Below the pieces are notes generated by a model. The model did not search any database, was not told where the DNA came from, and was given only the letters and a program-made list of their open reading frames with translations. The translations under genes and the position numbers were made by a program. Positions 29,057-39,047 of a stretch of 64,000 bases of DNA are shown here, one piece after another. Source of the DNA: Actinomycetota bacterium (GTDB lineage Bacteria > Actinomycetota > UBA4738 > HRBIN12); contig DASTPT010000094.1 in assembly GCA_035762085.1 (NCBI GenBank), positions 6,101 to 70,100 on the forward strand, in the 5' to 3' direction. Positions within the stretch are counted from its first letter, which is position 1; every line of letters starts with the position of its first letter.

Positions 29057-30016
29057 ATGAGCGTCGTGGTCGGCCTCGATGTCGGGGGCACGAAGATCCA
29101 GGCGGCGGCGCTCCGAGGCGAGGGGGTGGTGAGCTCGTTCCGCACCCCGACGCCGCTCACCGGCGCTCGCGACGTCCGGCGTGCGCTCGTCGAGGCGCTG
29201 GACGGGGCGCTCGGCGAGGCGGGCGCGGATCGGGGGGCGCTCGACGCGGTCGGGCTGGCGATGCCCGGCGCCGTCGATCGCCAGGCCGGCTCGCTCTGGA
29301 GCGCTCCGAACCTCCCCGGGTTCCAGTCGGCGACGCCGGTGCCGATCGGCCCCTCGCTGTCGAGGGCGCTCGACGGCGTCCCGGTCGCGCTCGGCAACGA
29401 TGCCAGCCTGGCCATGCTCGGCGAGCATCGGCGCGGAGCCGCCCGCGGCTACGGGAACGTGCTCGGCGTCTGGGTCGGGACGGGCGTCGGAGGCGGCCTG
29501 ATCCTGAACGGCGAGCTGTTCGAGGGTCACGGGGCCGCCGGCGAGATCGGCCACATGACCGTCGAGCCGGCCGGGAGGCTGTGCGGGTGCGGCGGACGGG
29601 GGCACCTCGAGTCCTACGCGGGCCGAGGGCGGATGGAGGCACGCGCCCGCGAGCTCGCGAAGAAGGGTCGCCGGACCACGCTGTTCAAGCTCCAGCAGAA
29701 GAAGGGTAAGGATCGCGTGACGAGCGGGGTCTGGCTCGAGGCGATGCGCAAGGGCGACCGCATCGCGAACATGCTCATCGACGAGGCCGTCTGGGCTCTC
29801 GGGCTCGCGCTCTCGTCGGTGCAGAACCTGCTCGACCTGGAGGCGATGGTGATCGGGGGCGGGCTCGGCGATCGGCTCGGGCAGCCCTTCATCGACCGGA
29901 TCGCGGCCGAGATGGCGCCGCTGCTGTTCGTCCCCGGCCGTCCGCCCGTGCCGCTGCCGACCGAGTTCAAGGACCTGTCCGGCGCGGTGGGCGCGGCGGT
30001 GCTCGCCGGCGGCTGA
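29057..30016 (+). CDS. ROK family sugar kinase (glucokinase-like)
   Basis: N-terminal VVGLDVGGTKIQAA ATP-binding motif and the ROK Cys/His zinc motif (HMTVEPAGRLCGCGGRGHLE). Confidence 0.85.
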   Translation: MSVVVGLDVGGTKIQAAALRGEGVVSSFRTPTPLTGARDVRRALVEALDGALGEAGADRGALDAVGLAMPGAVDRQAGSLWSAPNLPGFQSATPVPIGPSLSRALDGVPVALGNDASLAMLGEHRRGAARGYGNVLGVWVGTGVGGGLILNGELFEGHGAAGEIGHMTVEPAGRLCGCGGRGHLESYAGRGRMEARARELAKKGRRTTLFKLQQKKGKDRVTSGVWLEAMRKGDRIANMLIDEAVWALGLALSSVQNLLDLEAMVIGGGLGDRLGQPFIDRIAAEMAPLLFVPGRPPVPLPTEFKDLSGAVGAAVLAGG

Positions 30017-30019
30017 GCC

Positions 30020-30716
30020 CTACGTGCCGTCGAGGCAGCCGAGGACCTCCTCGGGCAGGCCGGGGATCCCGGGGCCGGGGGTGTCCGGACCCCCGCCGCC
30101 CCGGACGAAGTCGTACGGGACGCCCGCCCACCGGCCCGGAAGACCCGGGTAGGACCTCAGCTCCAGGTCGGCGCTGTCGTACTGGAAGGCGATCCAGTCG
30201 GGCGACCCGAAGCCCTCCGTGTCGTACGGCGCGACCGCCACGAGCCCGCGACCGAACCGGCGCGCCTCGATCAGGAACCGGCCCTGGAACCCGGGTTCCC
30301 GCTCGGCGAACAGCTTGATGTACCAGCGCTCGACCACGAGGAGGTATCCCTTGTCGGAGGGCGGCGACTCCGGACCCTCGAAGTACCGCATGTCGACGAC
30401 CGTGAGCGGTCCCTTCACGCCGGTCGCCCGCCGCACGATCCCGAGCGGCTGCAGGAACGCGGGCGAGCCGTCCTTCGGCGTGACCCAGCCGTTGACGCAG
30501 TCCGGCGTCGCCTCGCCGCGCGTAGGGGGCGGCTCCTCCGGCAACGCCGGCGGGGTGACGGAGGGCGTGACGCTCGAGGCCTCGGTCGGGGTCACGGGCG
30601 GGCGCGGCGTCGCCGTGGTCGGCCGATCGCCGTCCCCTCCTCCGTCGCACGCTGCGACCGTCGCGCCGAGCGCGAGGGCGACGACGATCGAGAGCGGCTG
30701 GAACCTACGCGATTGC
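30020..30716 (-). CDS. hypothetical secreted lipoprotein
   Basis: Putative GTG start giving a signal peptide plus lipobox (LALGATVAAC), a Pro/Thr-rich linker, then a globular domain. No recognisable family. The track ORF extends to 31045. Confidence 0.45.
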
Positions 30717-30785
30717 ACCGGATCTCCTGCGGGACGGGCCCCCGCAGGATACCGCCCGACCTTCCCTTGATAGCGTGATGCCCCC

Positions 30786-32273
30786 ATGGACGGCCCGCGC
30801 GACCACGCCCAGCGTCCCCACGGCCATCGGAACCCCGGGGTCGAGGCCGCCCCGACGTACCGGCGCCTGGAGCACGACCGCTCGCCGGGCCCGACGTTCT
30901 CGCGCCGGGGGTTCCTGGCCACGTCCGGGCTCGCGCTCGCCGGCGCGACGCTGTACGCGTGCACGGGCGGGGGGCGCAAGGGGCCGGTGGCCAGCCCCTC
31001 GGCGACGGTGTCCGTGGCGGCGACCCAGACGCGCTGGCCGATCAAGCGCGTGATCTACGTGATGCTCGAGAACCGGTCGTTCGACAACCTGTACGGGCGC
31101 TTCCCGGGCGCGAACGGCGCGAGGGTCGGGGTGAAGTTCGGACAGGAGGTGCCGCTCCTGGACTGCCCTCACTGGCTGCCCGGCGACATCCCGCACGACC
31201 GCGCGGCGCACCTCAACAACGTGAACGGCGGCGCCTACGACGGGTTCGCGATCGGGCAGTTCGGCGACCCGTGGGCGTACACGCAGTTCGACGGGCGGAT
31301 GGTCCCGAACTACTGGCGGTGGGCCCGCGACTACGTGCTGTGCGACAACTTCTTCGCCTCGGTCGGCGGTCCCTCCTACCCGAACCACTTCTTCTTCGTC
31401 GCGGGACAGTCCGGCGGCGTGCTCGACAACCCCGAGAACATCGAGGTGCGGTTCGACGACGGGAACGAGCGGTTCAAGTCGTGGGGCTGCGACGCCGTCG
31501 GCGAGAACGTGTTCGTGCTCGTCAAGGACGAGCAGGGGAACCTCGCGAAGCACGATACGTGCTTCAACTTCCGCACCGTGCCCGAGCAGCTCGAGGAGAT
31601 CGGCGTCTCGTGGGCGTACTACTCGGCCGGCAAGTACCAGACGGGCTACTTCTGGAACGCGCTGAACGGGATCTCGAACGTGTACCACACCGACCTGTGG
31701 CGCCCCGAACGGATCCGCGGCGTCGACAAGCTCGTCGACGACATCGAGGCGGGGCGCCTGCCCTCGGTCGCCTGGGTGACGCCGCGGTTCGAGCTCTCGG
31801 ACCACCCGCCGGAGAGCACGTGCTTCGCGCACGACTGGCTGACCGACGTCGTGAACGCGGTGATGAAGAGCGACGGCTGGGAGCACACCGCGTTGTTCGT
31901 CACGTGGGACGAGTGGGGAGGCTTCTACGACCACGTCCCGCCGCCCGAGATCGACGACGTCGGGCTCGGCTTCCGGGTGCCGACGCTCGTGATCAGCCCG
32001 TACGCGAAGAAGGGGTACGTCGACGACGCCGAGGGCGAGTTCTCGAGCCCGCTGAAGTTCATCGAGGACAACTGGGGACTGCCGTACCTCACCCCCCGGA
32101 TCGAGCGCACCCACAACTTCGAGCACGTCTTCGACTTCGACCGGGACCCTCGCACGGACGCCGAGCCCCTGCGCAAGCACGGCGGGTGTTACGGCACGCC
32201 GTGGGAGTTCCCCGGGGAGAACTATCCGGGCTGGCCGGCCGAGACCGAGCCCGACCCCAGCCACTTCGTCTGA
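30786..32273 (+). CDS. phosphoesterase family protein (phospholipase C / acid phosphatase AcpA-like), Tat-secreted
   Basis: Twin-arginine signal (SRRGFLATSGLALAGA). Phosphoesterase family conserved blocks (VMLENRSFDNLYG, GPSYPNHFFF, TWDEWGGFYDHV). Confidence 0.85.
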   Translation: MDGPRDHAQRPHGHRNPGVEAAPTYRRLEHDRSPGPTFSRRGFLATSGLALAGATLYACTGGGRKGPVASPSATVSVAATQTRWPIKRVIYVMLENRSFDNLYGRFPGANGARVGVKFGQEVPLLDCPHWLPGDIPHDRAAHLNNVNGGAYDGFAIGQFGDPWAYTQFDGRMVPNYWRWARDYVLCDNFFASVGGPSYPNHFFFVAGQSGGVLDNPENIEVRFDDGNERFKSWGCDAVGENVFVLVKDEQGNLAKHDTCFNFRTVPEQLEEIGVSWAYYSAGKYQTGYFWNALNGISNVYHTDLWRPERIRGVDKLVDDIEAGRLPSVAWVTPRFELSDHPPESTCFAHDWLTDVVNAVMKSDGWEHTALFVTWDEWGGFYDHVPPPEIDDVGLGFRVPTLVISPYAKKGYVDDAEGEFSSPLKFIEDNWGLPYLTPRIERTHNFEHVFDFDRDPRTDAEPLRKHGGCYGTPWEFPGENYPGWPAETEPDPSHFV

Positions 32274-32336
32274 CGCGCGATGCCGCGGGGGGCTTATCAC
32301 GCGTGGCCCACCCTCCTACACTCCCGCTCCGTGGAG

Positions 32337-35110
32337 ATGCGCAAGACGGTCTCGGTGCTGTTCGCCGATGTCACGGGCTCGACCTCCCTGGGCGAGCAGC
32401 TCGATCCCGAGTCCCTGCGCGCCGTGATGTCTCGCTACTTCGATGAGATGCGCCTGGTGATCGAGCGCCACGGCGGAACCGTCGAGAAGTTCATCGGCGA
32501 TGCGGTGATGGCGGTCTTCGGCGTGCCCGTCCTCCACGAGGACGACGCGCTCCGGGCGGTCAGGGCGGCGTGGGAGATGCGTGAGGCCCTCGCAGGGCTC
32601 AACGTCGAGCTCGGACGCGAGTGGGGCGCCACGCTGCGGATCAGGACGGGCGTGAACACCGGCGAGGTGGTGGCGGGAGACCCGGCGCGTTCCGAGACCC
32701 TCGTGAGCGGCGACGCGGTCAATGTTGCGGCTCGGTTCGAGCAGGCCGCGGAGCCCGGCGAGATCCTGATCGGGGAGGAGACCCATCGGCTCGTCCGCGA
32801 CGAGGTCACGGTCGAAGCCGTGGGGCCCTCGAGCTGAAGGGGAAGACGTCGGCCGTGTCCGCCTTCCGCGTGGTGGACGTGACCCGTGGAGCCCCCGGGC
32901 TCGCCCGGAGGCTCGACTCACCCCTGGTGGGCAGAGCGGAGGAGCTCGAGCGGCTCCGGCACGCCCTCGCCGATGCCGTGGCGCGCAGCACATGCCGCCT
33001 GGTGACGGTGGTCGGCGACGCCGGGATCGGCAAGACACGGCTGGTCGGCGAACTCGTCTCGACCGTCGACGGCGCCACGCGCACGCTGCGCGGGCGCTGC
33101 CTCCCGTACGGAGAGGGGATCACGTTCTGGCCGATCGCAGAGATCGTCAGGGAGGCGGCGGGCATCTTCGAGACGGACCCTCCCGACGTCGCAGGGTCGC
33201 GGATCCGGGACATCGTCGTCCAGAGCCGCGAGGAGGCTCTGGACGACATCGTGGATCCGGTCCTCGCGATCGCCGGAGCGGCCGAGGGCGCCGGCGATCT
33301 GCAGCAGACCTTCTGGGCCGTCCGACGGTTCCTCGAGTCCCTGGCCGGCGGGGGCGCGCTCATCGTGATCGTCGAGGACATCCACTGGGCGGAGCCCACG
33401 CTCCTCGACCTGCTCCAGTACGTCGCGGGGTTCAGCCATGGCTACCCCCTGCTCCTGTTGTGCACGGCGCGACCGGAGATCCGCGAGCTCAGGCCCGAGC
33501 CGATCGACGGTGCCGAGCTCGTGGTCCTTCAGCCGCTCAGCTAGCGCGAGAGCGACAGGTTGACCGCCAACCTGGGTCGGATCCCACCTCCAGACGCTGC
33601 TCCGGAAGGACCTGATCAGGCCGGACCGTTCCGGCTTCGCCGACGAGGATGCGTTCGCCTTCGGACACATCCTGATCCGCGACGCCGCGTACGGGTCGTT
33701 GGCCAAGCGCGAGCGGGCCGACCTGCACGAGCGGTTCGCGTCGTGGCTCGAGAACAAGGCCGGTGAACGGATCGCGGAGTTCGAGGAGATCGCCGGCTAT
33801 CACCTCGCGGAGGCGCACCGCTACCGCGCGGAGCTCGGTCCCATCGACGAGACCGCCAGGAGCGTCGCCGAGCGGGCGGCCGGGTACCTCTCGTCCGCGG
33901 GGCGGCGAGCCCTGGCTCGGTGGGACGTCGCCGCCGCCGCGAACCTCCTCTCGAGATCCGTCGAGCTCCTCCCGTCCCACGACGAGCGTCGCGTGTCGAT
34001 CCTGCCCGACCTCGGCCTCGCGCTCGCCCAGTTCGACCTCCACGCCGCCGACGAGGTGCTCGCCGAGGCCGTCGCGTCGGCCCATCGGATCGGTGCTCTC
34101 GGTATCGAGGGACGCGCCGCCGTACGACGCATCTTCGTGCGGCTGCACATCGACCCCGAGGAGGACCAACGAGCCTCGCTCGAGACGGCGGAGCGCTACG
34201 CGAGCCTGTTCGAGGCGCGGCGGGACGACCGGGGGGTCGCCGAGGCGAGGAATGCCGTCGGCACGATCCTCTTCTGGCAGGGCCAGATGAAGCTCGCCGC
34301 GGAGAGCCTCCAGCTGGCGGTGGACCACGCCCGGCGTGCCGGCGATCGTCGACAGGAGGCAGACAGTCTGCGCTGGCTCGCGCTCGTGATCCTGGAGGGC
34401 CCGACGCCCGTCGACGAAGGCCTGCGGCGCCTCGCGGACGTCCTCGATCGCCATCGCGGCGATCGACGGGTCCGGATCGACGTCGATCGGGTGCGAGCCC
34501 AGCTCGAGGCGATGCGAGGACGATCGGGGGAGGCCAGGCGTCTGATCGCCCGTGTCGAACACCTGGTCGGCGAGCTGAACGACCCCGTGACCCTCGGCGC
34601 AGTGCTCCGTCACGCCGGTCAGGTGGAGATGCTCGCCGGCGATGCCGAAGCGGCCGAGGCGGAGCTGCGCTCGGCGTACGACATCTACGACCGGCTGCGC
34701 GACACGGGACATCTGGCGAGCGTCGCACCGGATCTGGGCGACGCGTTGTACCGGCAGGGTCGGTTCGACGAGGCGTCGCACCTCGCGGAGGTGGGCGAAC
34801 GGAGCGTGACGCCCGGCGACCTCGATGCCGAGGTTCGGTGGCGGCAGCTCCGCGCCAAGCTCTGGGCCCGGACGGGTCGGGCCGAGGAGGGCGTGGCCCT
34901 CGCCGCGGACGCGGTCCGACTGGTTGCCGGCACGGAGTGCGACGACCTTCACGCCTCGCCCTCGTCGCGCTCGGGGAGACGCTCCGACTGGCCGGACACG
35001 GGTCGCAGGCCGAGACGTCGCTCCACGATGCGCTGTCCCTCTACCGGCGGAAGGGGAACGTGGCGGCCGCCACGAGGCTGATGGCGTCCATCGAGCGATC
35101 TGGATCCTGA
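32337..35110 (+). pseudogene. class III adenylate/guanylate cyclase - STAND/AAA ATPase - TPR regulator, disrupted by at least four frameshifts
   Basis: A continuous domain order is spread over abutting ORFs in different frames. Cyclase domain 32337..32837 (frame 0: VLFADVTGST, KFIGDAVMAVFG). P-loop NTPase 32821..33544 (frame 2: VVGDAGIGKTRL). Helical/TPR region 33564..about 34960 (frame 0). Tail to 35110 (frame 2). No start codons or RBS sit at the frame junctions. Confidence 0.65.
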
Positions 35111-35134
35111 TCGGCGTCGGGCTCGGCGCCGATC
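35109..35134. terminator. hairpin between convergent genes (possible bidirectional terminator)
   Basis: Inverted repeat GATCGGCG-(10 nt)-CGCCGATC lying between the pseudogene stop and the stop of the acyl-CoA synthetase on the opposite strand. Confidence 0.35.
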
Positions 35135-37249
35135 TCAGGAACCGCGCGGGATCACGAGCGCGTCGACCGCAACGCACCCCTGTGGCCAGCAGACCACGGG
35201 GTTCGCGTCCAGCGCCTCGAGGTGATCGCCCAGCTCGTACGCGAGCCACGAGAGGCCGACGACCGCGCGGGCGAGCGCACCCACGTCCGCGGCCGGTGAG
35301 CCACGCACGCCGTCCAGCAGCGGGCGGATCCGGAGGCGTTCGATCATCCGGCGCGCCCGCACCTCGTCGAGGGGCGGGAGCGCGAGGCGCCGGTCGCGCA
35401 GGACCTCGACGAGCACGCCGCCGGCCGCGACGAGCACGAGCGGCCCGAACTCCGGATCGCGCACGATCCCGAGCGCGACCTCCACGCCCCTCGGCGCCAT
35501 CTTCGAGACCACGACCTCGGGACCGAGCAGCCGCTCGAGGTCCGAGTACGCGTCCTCGAGCGACGTCGAGTCGTCGATGCCGAGGCGCACCCCGCCGACG
35601 TCGGACTTGTGCTGCACCCCGGGGACCGCCGTCTTCACCGCCACGGCGAACCCCAGGCGCTGGGCCGCCGACATCGCGTCCTCGAGCGTCGCGGCCGCGA
35701 CGGCGTCCACCGTCGGAACCCCGTAGTCGGCCAAGAGCGCCAGCCCGTCGAGCTCGCCGAGCGGCACGCCGCTCGTCAGCCGCTCTCGCCATCGGACGCG
35801 TACGTCGTCCGACACGGGGGACGAGCCCCCGACCGGCGGCAGCGCCCGGTGGTCCCGGTGGTCGAACAGGTGCCGGAACGCGGCCAGGCCGGTCAGCGTC
35901 CCCTCGAGCGCCGGCGCGCCGGCCGCGTGGATCCTCGCCACGTCCGTGCGATCGATGCCGCCGGCGAAGTTGCTCAACATCGCCATCGGCTTGCCCGTCT
36001 CGGGCCACACGTCGAGGAAGCAGGAGAAATAGCCTTCCTCGTCGGCGTCGTCGGTCACCAGGTCGACCGCGAACGCGAGCGCCGCGACGTTCGGGTCCTG
36101 CACGAGCGCGCGGAGCGAGCCCGTGATCACCTCGCCGGCGTCGCGCCCGGTCCCCCAGAAGTCGAGCGGGTTGATCGGCAGCAGGCCCTCGTCGAGGAGC
36201 GCGTCGAGCTTCGCGGTGGCCTCGGGCCCGAGGGTCGCGAGCGGCACACCTACGGCCGCGGCCGCGTCGACCATCATCGCCCGCTCGCCGCCCGAGTCGT
36301 GGGCGGTCGCGAGCGCGCCCGGCCCCGCGCGACGTCCCGCGACGAACAGCGCGAGCGTGTCGGCCATCTCGTCGAGCGACTCGACGCGGTGCACCCCCTC
36401 GGCCTCGAACAGGGCCTCGTAGGCGCCGTCCTCACCCGCGAGCGCGCCGGAGTGCGCCGTCACCATCTCGCGCGTGAACGCCTCGCGTCCGACCTTCAGG
36501 ACCACGACCGGCACGTCGCGCTCGTGCGCCGAACGCATCGCGGCGCGGAAGCCGGCCGGGTCACGGACCGTCTCGATGAACAGTCCGATCGCCTCCGTGC
36601 TTTCCAGCCCGAGCGCGTACGCCATGTAGTCCGACGTCGTGGTCACGAACTCCTGTCCGGACGAGACGAGCAGGTTGAACCGCAGATCACGGTCGTTGTG
36701 CATGAACGCCGCGAATGCCGACCCCGAGTGGCTCACGAACGTGATGCCGCCGCTCGGCAGCTCGGCCGGCTCCTCCCACCCGGTCGCGCGCAGGCGGCGC
36801 TCCACGTTCACGAACCCCATGCAGTTGCCGCCGCAGATCGCCATGCCCGCCTCCCGCGCGACCTGGGCCAGGCGCTCGGTAAGGGGCGGCGCGTCGGGGC
36901 GGGGTTCCTCGAACCCGCTCGCGTAGATCACCGCCGAGCCGACCCCTGCGTCGGCGCACGCGCGCAGCGTCTCCTCGAGCTGAGCGTTCGCGAGCGCGAT
37001 CACCGCCAGGTCCACCGGCTCGGGCACCTCGTCGATCGAGCCGTAGCACCGGTGCCCCAACAACTCGTCGTACCGCGGGTTCACCGGGTATACCGGCCCC
37101 TCGAACCGCCCGAGCTCGACCAGCTCGCGCAGCGTCTCGTGGCCGACCGTGCCCTCCCGCCCACTCGCGCCGATGATCGCGACCGAACGCGCCTCGAGCA
37201 TCCGCTCGAGCGCGGATCGGCCGTGCGGGTCCGCCTGCGGTGCCGTCAC
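35135..37249 (-). CDS. acetyl-CoA synthetase (ADP-forming) / NDP-forming acyl-CoA synthetase, fused alpha-beta (paralog 1)
   Basis: 704 aa. N-terminal CoA-binding and succinyl-CoA-synthetase-like domains (SVAIIGASGREG, catalytic His region SHSGSAF) and a C-terminal ATP-grasp domain. Confidence 0.85.
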   Translation of the reverse strand: MTAPQADPHGRSALERMLEARSVAIIGASGREGTVGHETLRELVELGRFEGPVYPVNPRYDELLGHRCYGSIDEVPEPVDLAVIALANAQLEETLRACADAGVGSAVIYASGFEEPRPDAPPLTERLAQVAREAGMAICGGNCMGFVNVERRLRATGWEEPAELPSGGITFVSHSGSAFAAFMHNDRDLRFNLLVSSGQEFVTTTSDYMAYALGLESTEAIGLFIETVRDPAGFRAAMRSAHERDVPVVVLKVGREAFTREMVTAHSGALAGEDGAYEALFEAEGVHRVESLDEMADTLALFVAGRRAGPGALATAHDSGGERAMMVDAAAAVGVPLATLGPEATAKLDALLDEGLLPINPLDFWGTGRDAGEVITGSLRALVQDPNVAALAFAVDLVTDDADEEGYFSCFLDVWPETGKPMAMLSNFAGGIDRTDVARIHAAGAPALEGTLTGLAAFRHLFDHRDHRALPPVGGSSPVSDDVRVRWRERLTSGVPLGELDGLALLADYGVPTVDAVAAATLEDAMSAAQRLGFAVAVKTAVPGVQHKSDVGGVRLGIDDSTSLEDAYSDLERLLGPEVVVSKMAPRGVEVALGIVRDPEFGPLVLVAAGGVLVEVLRDRRLALPPLDEVRARRMIERLRIRPLLDGVRGSPAADVGALARAVVGLSWLAYELGDHLEALDANPVVCWPQGCVAVDALVIPRGS

Positions 37250-37259
37250 GTGCCCGAGG

Positions 37260-38879
37260 CTACTTCCTCTTCGGCAGGGCCTTGTCCTTCACGGCCATGC
37301 GGAACGCCTGCCAGCCGGGGATGCCGTTCACGCCGCCGCCTCCGTGCGTGGCGCACGAGCCGTGGTACAGCCCCCTGATCGGGGTGCGGAAGTCCGCGTA
37401 TCCGGGCGCCGGACGCATGTGGAACAGCTGGTCCACCGCGAGCTCGCCGTGGAAGATGTTCCCGCCGATCAGGCCGAGCTCCTGCTCCATCTCGTACGGC
37501 CCGATGATCTGCCGGTCGATGACGGCCGACTTGAAGTTCGGCGCGAGGGTGTTGTACTCCTCGATCGCGCGGTCGGCGTACGCCTCGAGCTCCTCGGTGT
37601 GCGGCTCGGCGCTCCACTCGTGCGGGCACCACTGGCTGTACATCGAGAAGATGTGGATCCCCTCGGGACACAGCTTCTTGTCGAGCGTCGTCGGGATGAC
37701 GCCGTCGACGAAGGGCCGCGTCGCCGCCTTCTTCTCCATGTGCGCGTCCTGGAACGCGCGCTCCGCGTAGTCCGTCGAGAAACACAGCTCGACCGACCCG
37801 GTGTGGTGGTCCTGCATCTCCTTGCCCGGATCGGCCGTGAAGTCCGGCAGCTCCGAGAGCGCGACGTTGATCTTCACGACGCCGGAGCGGCTCCGCCAGC
37901 GCTCGATGTCCCAGACGAAGTCGGCCGGCAGGTCGTACCGGTCGATGAGGTCGAGGAACGCGGTCCTCGGGTGGATCGCCGAAACGCCGATCGGCGCGCG
38001 CAGCTCCTCACCGTTCTCGAGCGCCACGCCGACGAACCGTCCGTTGCGCACGAGGATCTTCGAGACCTTCGCGTTCGTGCGGATCTCGCAGCCGAACGAC
38101 TCGGCCGATCGGCGGATCGAGTCCGACACGGCGCCCATGCCGCCCTGCTGGAACCCCCACGACCCGAGGTGGCCGTCGCCGACGTCGCCGATCGAGTGGT
38201 GGAGCATCACGTAGGCGGTGCCCGCCTCGTCCGGCCCGGCCCACGTCCCGATCACGCCGTTCACCGCGAGCATGCCCTTGATCGGGTCGGACTCGAACCA
38301 CTCGTCGAGCAGGTCGGTGACGCTCATCGTGAACAGCTTCGTGACGCTGCCCACGCCCCGGACACCGAGCTTGCGCATCTTCCATGCCGTCTCGACGGTC
38401 GACAGCAGGTCGCCGAGCGCCATCGAGCCCATCTTCGGCGGCACCCGCAGCAGCAGCGGCCCGAGGACGTCGGCGACGCCCTTCAGCCACTCCTCCCACT
38501 TCGGGAGTATCTCGGCGTCCTTCTTCGAGAACTGCGCGATCGACTCGTAGGACTTCGCGGCGTCGTCCGCGTAGACCTTGATCGAGCGCCCGTCCGGGAA
38601 CGCCTGGTAGTACGGCCCGAACGGCGTGACGTCGTAGCCGAACCGTTTGAGCTGCAGCTCGTTGATGATCGTCGGCGGCATCAGCGACATCACGTACGAG
38701 TAGGTCGTGACCTGAATCTCGGGGTGGTCGGGGAACGGCGCGCTGGTGTCGGCCGCGCCGCCGGTCTTGTGACGCGCCTCGAGCACGACGGCCCGGGCGC
38801 CGGCCCTCGCGAAGTAGGCGCCCGCCGTGAGCCCGTTGTGCCCGCCGCCGATGATGATCGCGTCGTAGACGTTCGTCAT
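37260..38879 (-). CDS. FAD-dependent oxidoreductase of the phytoene-desaturase / amine-oxidase superfamily (CrtI-like)
   Basis: 539 aa. N-terminal Rossmann motif YDAIIIGGGHNGLTAGAYFARAG...VLE, with the size and layout of COG1233 flavoproteins. Confidence 0.8.
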   Translation of the reverse strand: MTNVYDAIIIGGGHNGLTAGAYFARAGARAVVLEARHKTGGAADTSAPFPDHPEIQVTTYSYVMSLMPPTIINELQLKRFGYDVTPFGPYYQAFPDGRSIKVYADDAAKSYESIAQFSKKDAEILPKWEEWLKGVADVLGPLLLRVPPKMGSMALGDLLSTVETAWKMRKLGVRGVGSVTKLFTMSVTDLLDEWFESDPIKGMLAVNGVIGTWAGPDEAGTAYVMLHHSIGDVGDGHLGSWGFQQGGMGAVSDSIRRSAESFGCEIRTNAKVSKILVRNGRFVGVALENGEELRAPIGVSAIHPRTAFLDLIDRYDLPADFVWDIERWRSRSGVVKINVALSELPDFTADPGKEMQDHHTGSVELCFSTDYAERAFQDAHMEKKAATRPFVDGVIPTTLDKKLCPEGIHIFSMYSQWCPHEWSAEPHTEELEAYADRAIEEYNTLAPNFKSAVIDRQIIGPYEMEQELGLIGGNIFHGELAVDQLFHMRPAPGYADFRTPIRGLYHGSCATHGGGGVNGIPGWQAFRMAVKDKALPKRK

Positions 38880-38964
38880 GCTCGGATCTCCTTCGGGCCG
38901 TCTGCCGCGCCATCATGTCCCGCGTTTGAACGACGGGTCAAGCCGACCGTGGCCGATGCGCCGG

Positions 38965-39012
38965 TTGACAACCCTGGTCCGCGGGCTAGCATGCGTTGAA
39001 CCTCGGTTCAAC
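38965..39012 (+). promoter_or_regulatory. sigma-70-like promoter (-35 TTGACA, 16-nt spacer, -10 TAGCAT) with a downstream perfect palindromic operator GTTGAAC-CTCG-GTTCAAC in front of the TetR gene
   Basis: Read directly: TTGACA at 38965-38970, TAGCAT at 38987-38992, 18-bp palindrome at 38995-39012. A second, imperfect copy (TTGAAC-GACG-GGTCAA) lies at 38926-38941. Confidence 0.5.
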
Positions 39013-39047
39013 CCGCCCGGCGGACCGAGTCGCGTTCAGGGGGACGG

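Noticed and set aside
32280-35110. Reading the cyclase, ATPase and TPR segments as three separate genes
   Set aside because: The ORFs abut or overlap in different frames exactly where one multidomain protein would continue, with no start codons or RBS at the junctions; frameshifts explain it better.
33537-36008. 823-aa minus-strand ORF and other long antisense ORFs (8960..10378, 10429..11856, 11820..13058, 13149..14261, 19006..20904, 20708..21838, 21661..23646, 27334..29415, 35609..37378, 37149..38999, 40199..41356, 41007..43157, 43487..45409, 44443..45906, 46473..47927, 47635..48897, 49818..51005, 50981..52156)
   Set aside because: All lie opposite genes with clear family signatures. All translate to Arg/Pro/Gly/Asp-rich, repeat-like sequence without motifs.
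37260-38879. CrtI-like flavoprotein as a retinal/carotenoid partner of the heliorhodopsin
   Set aside because: It is 37 kb from the heliorhodopsin gene and embedded with an ADP-forming acyl-CoA synthetase and a TetR regulon motif. No crtE/B/Y or blh gene is nearby. An amine-oxidase-type role fits the context better.
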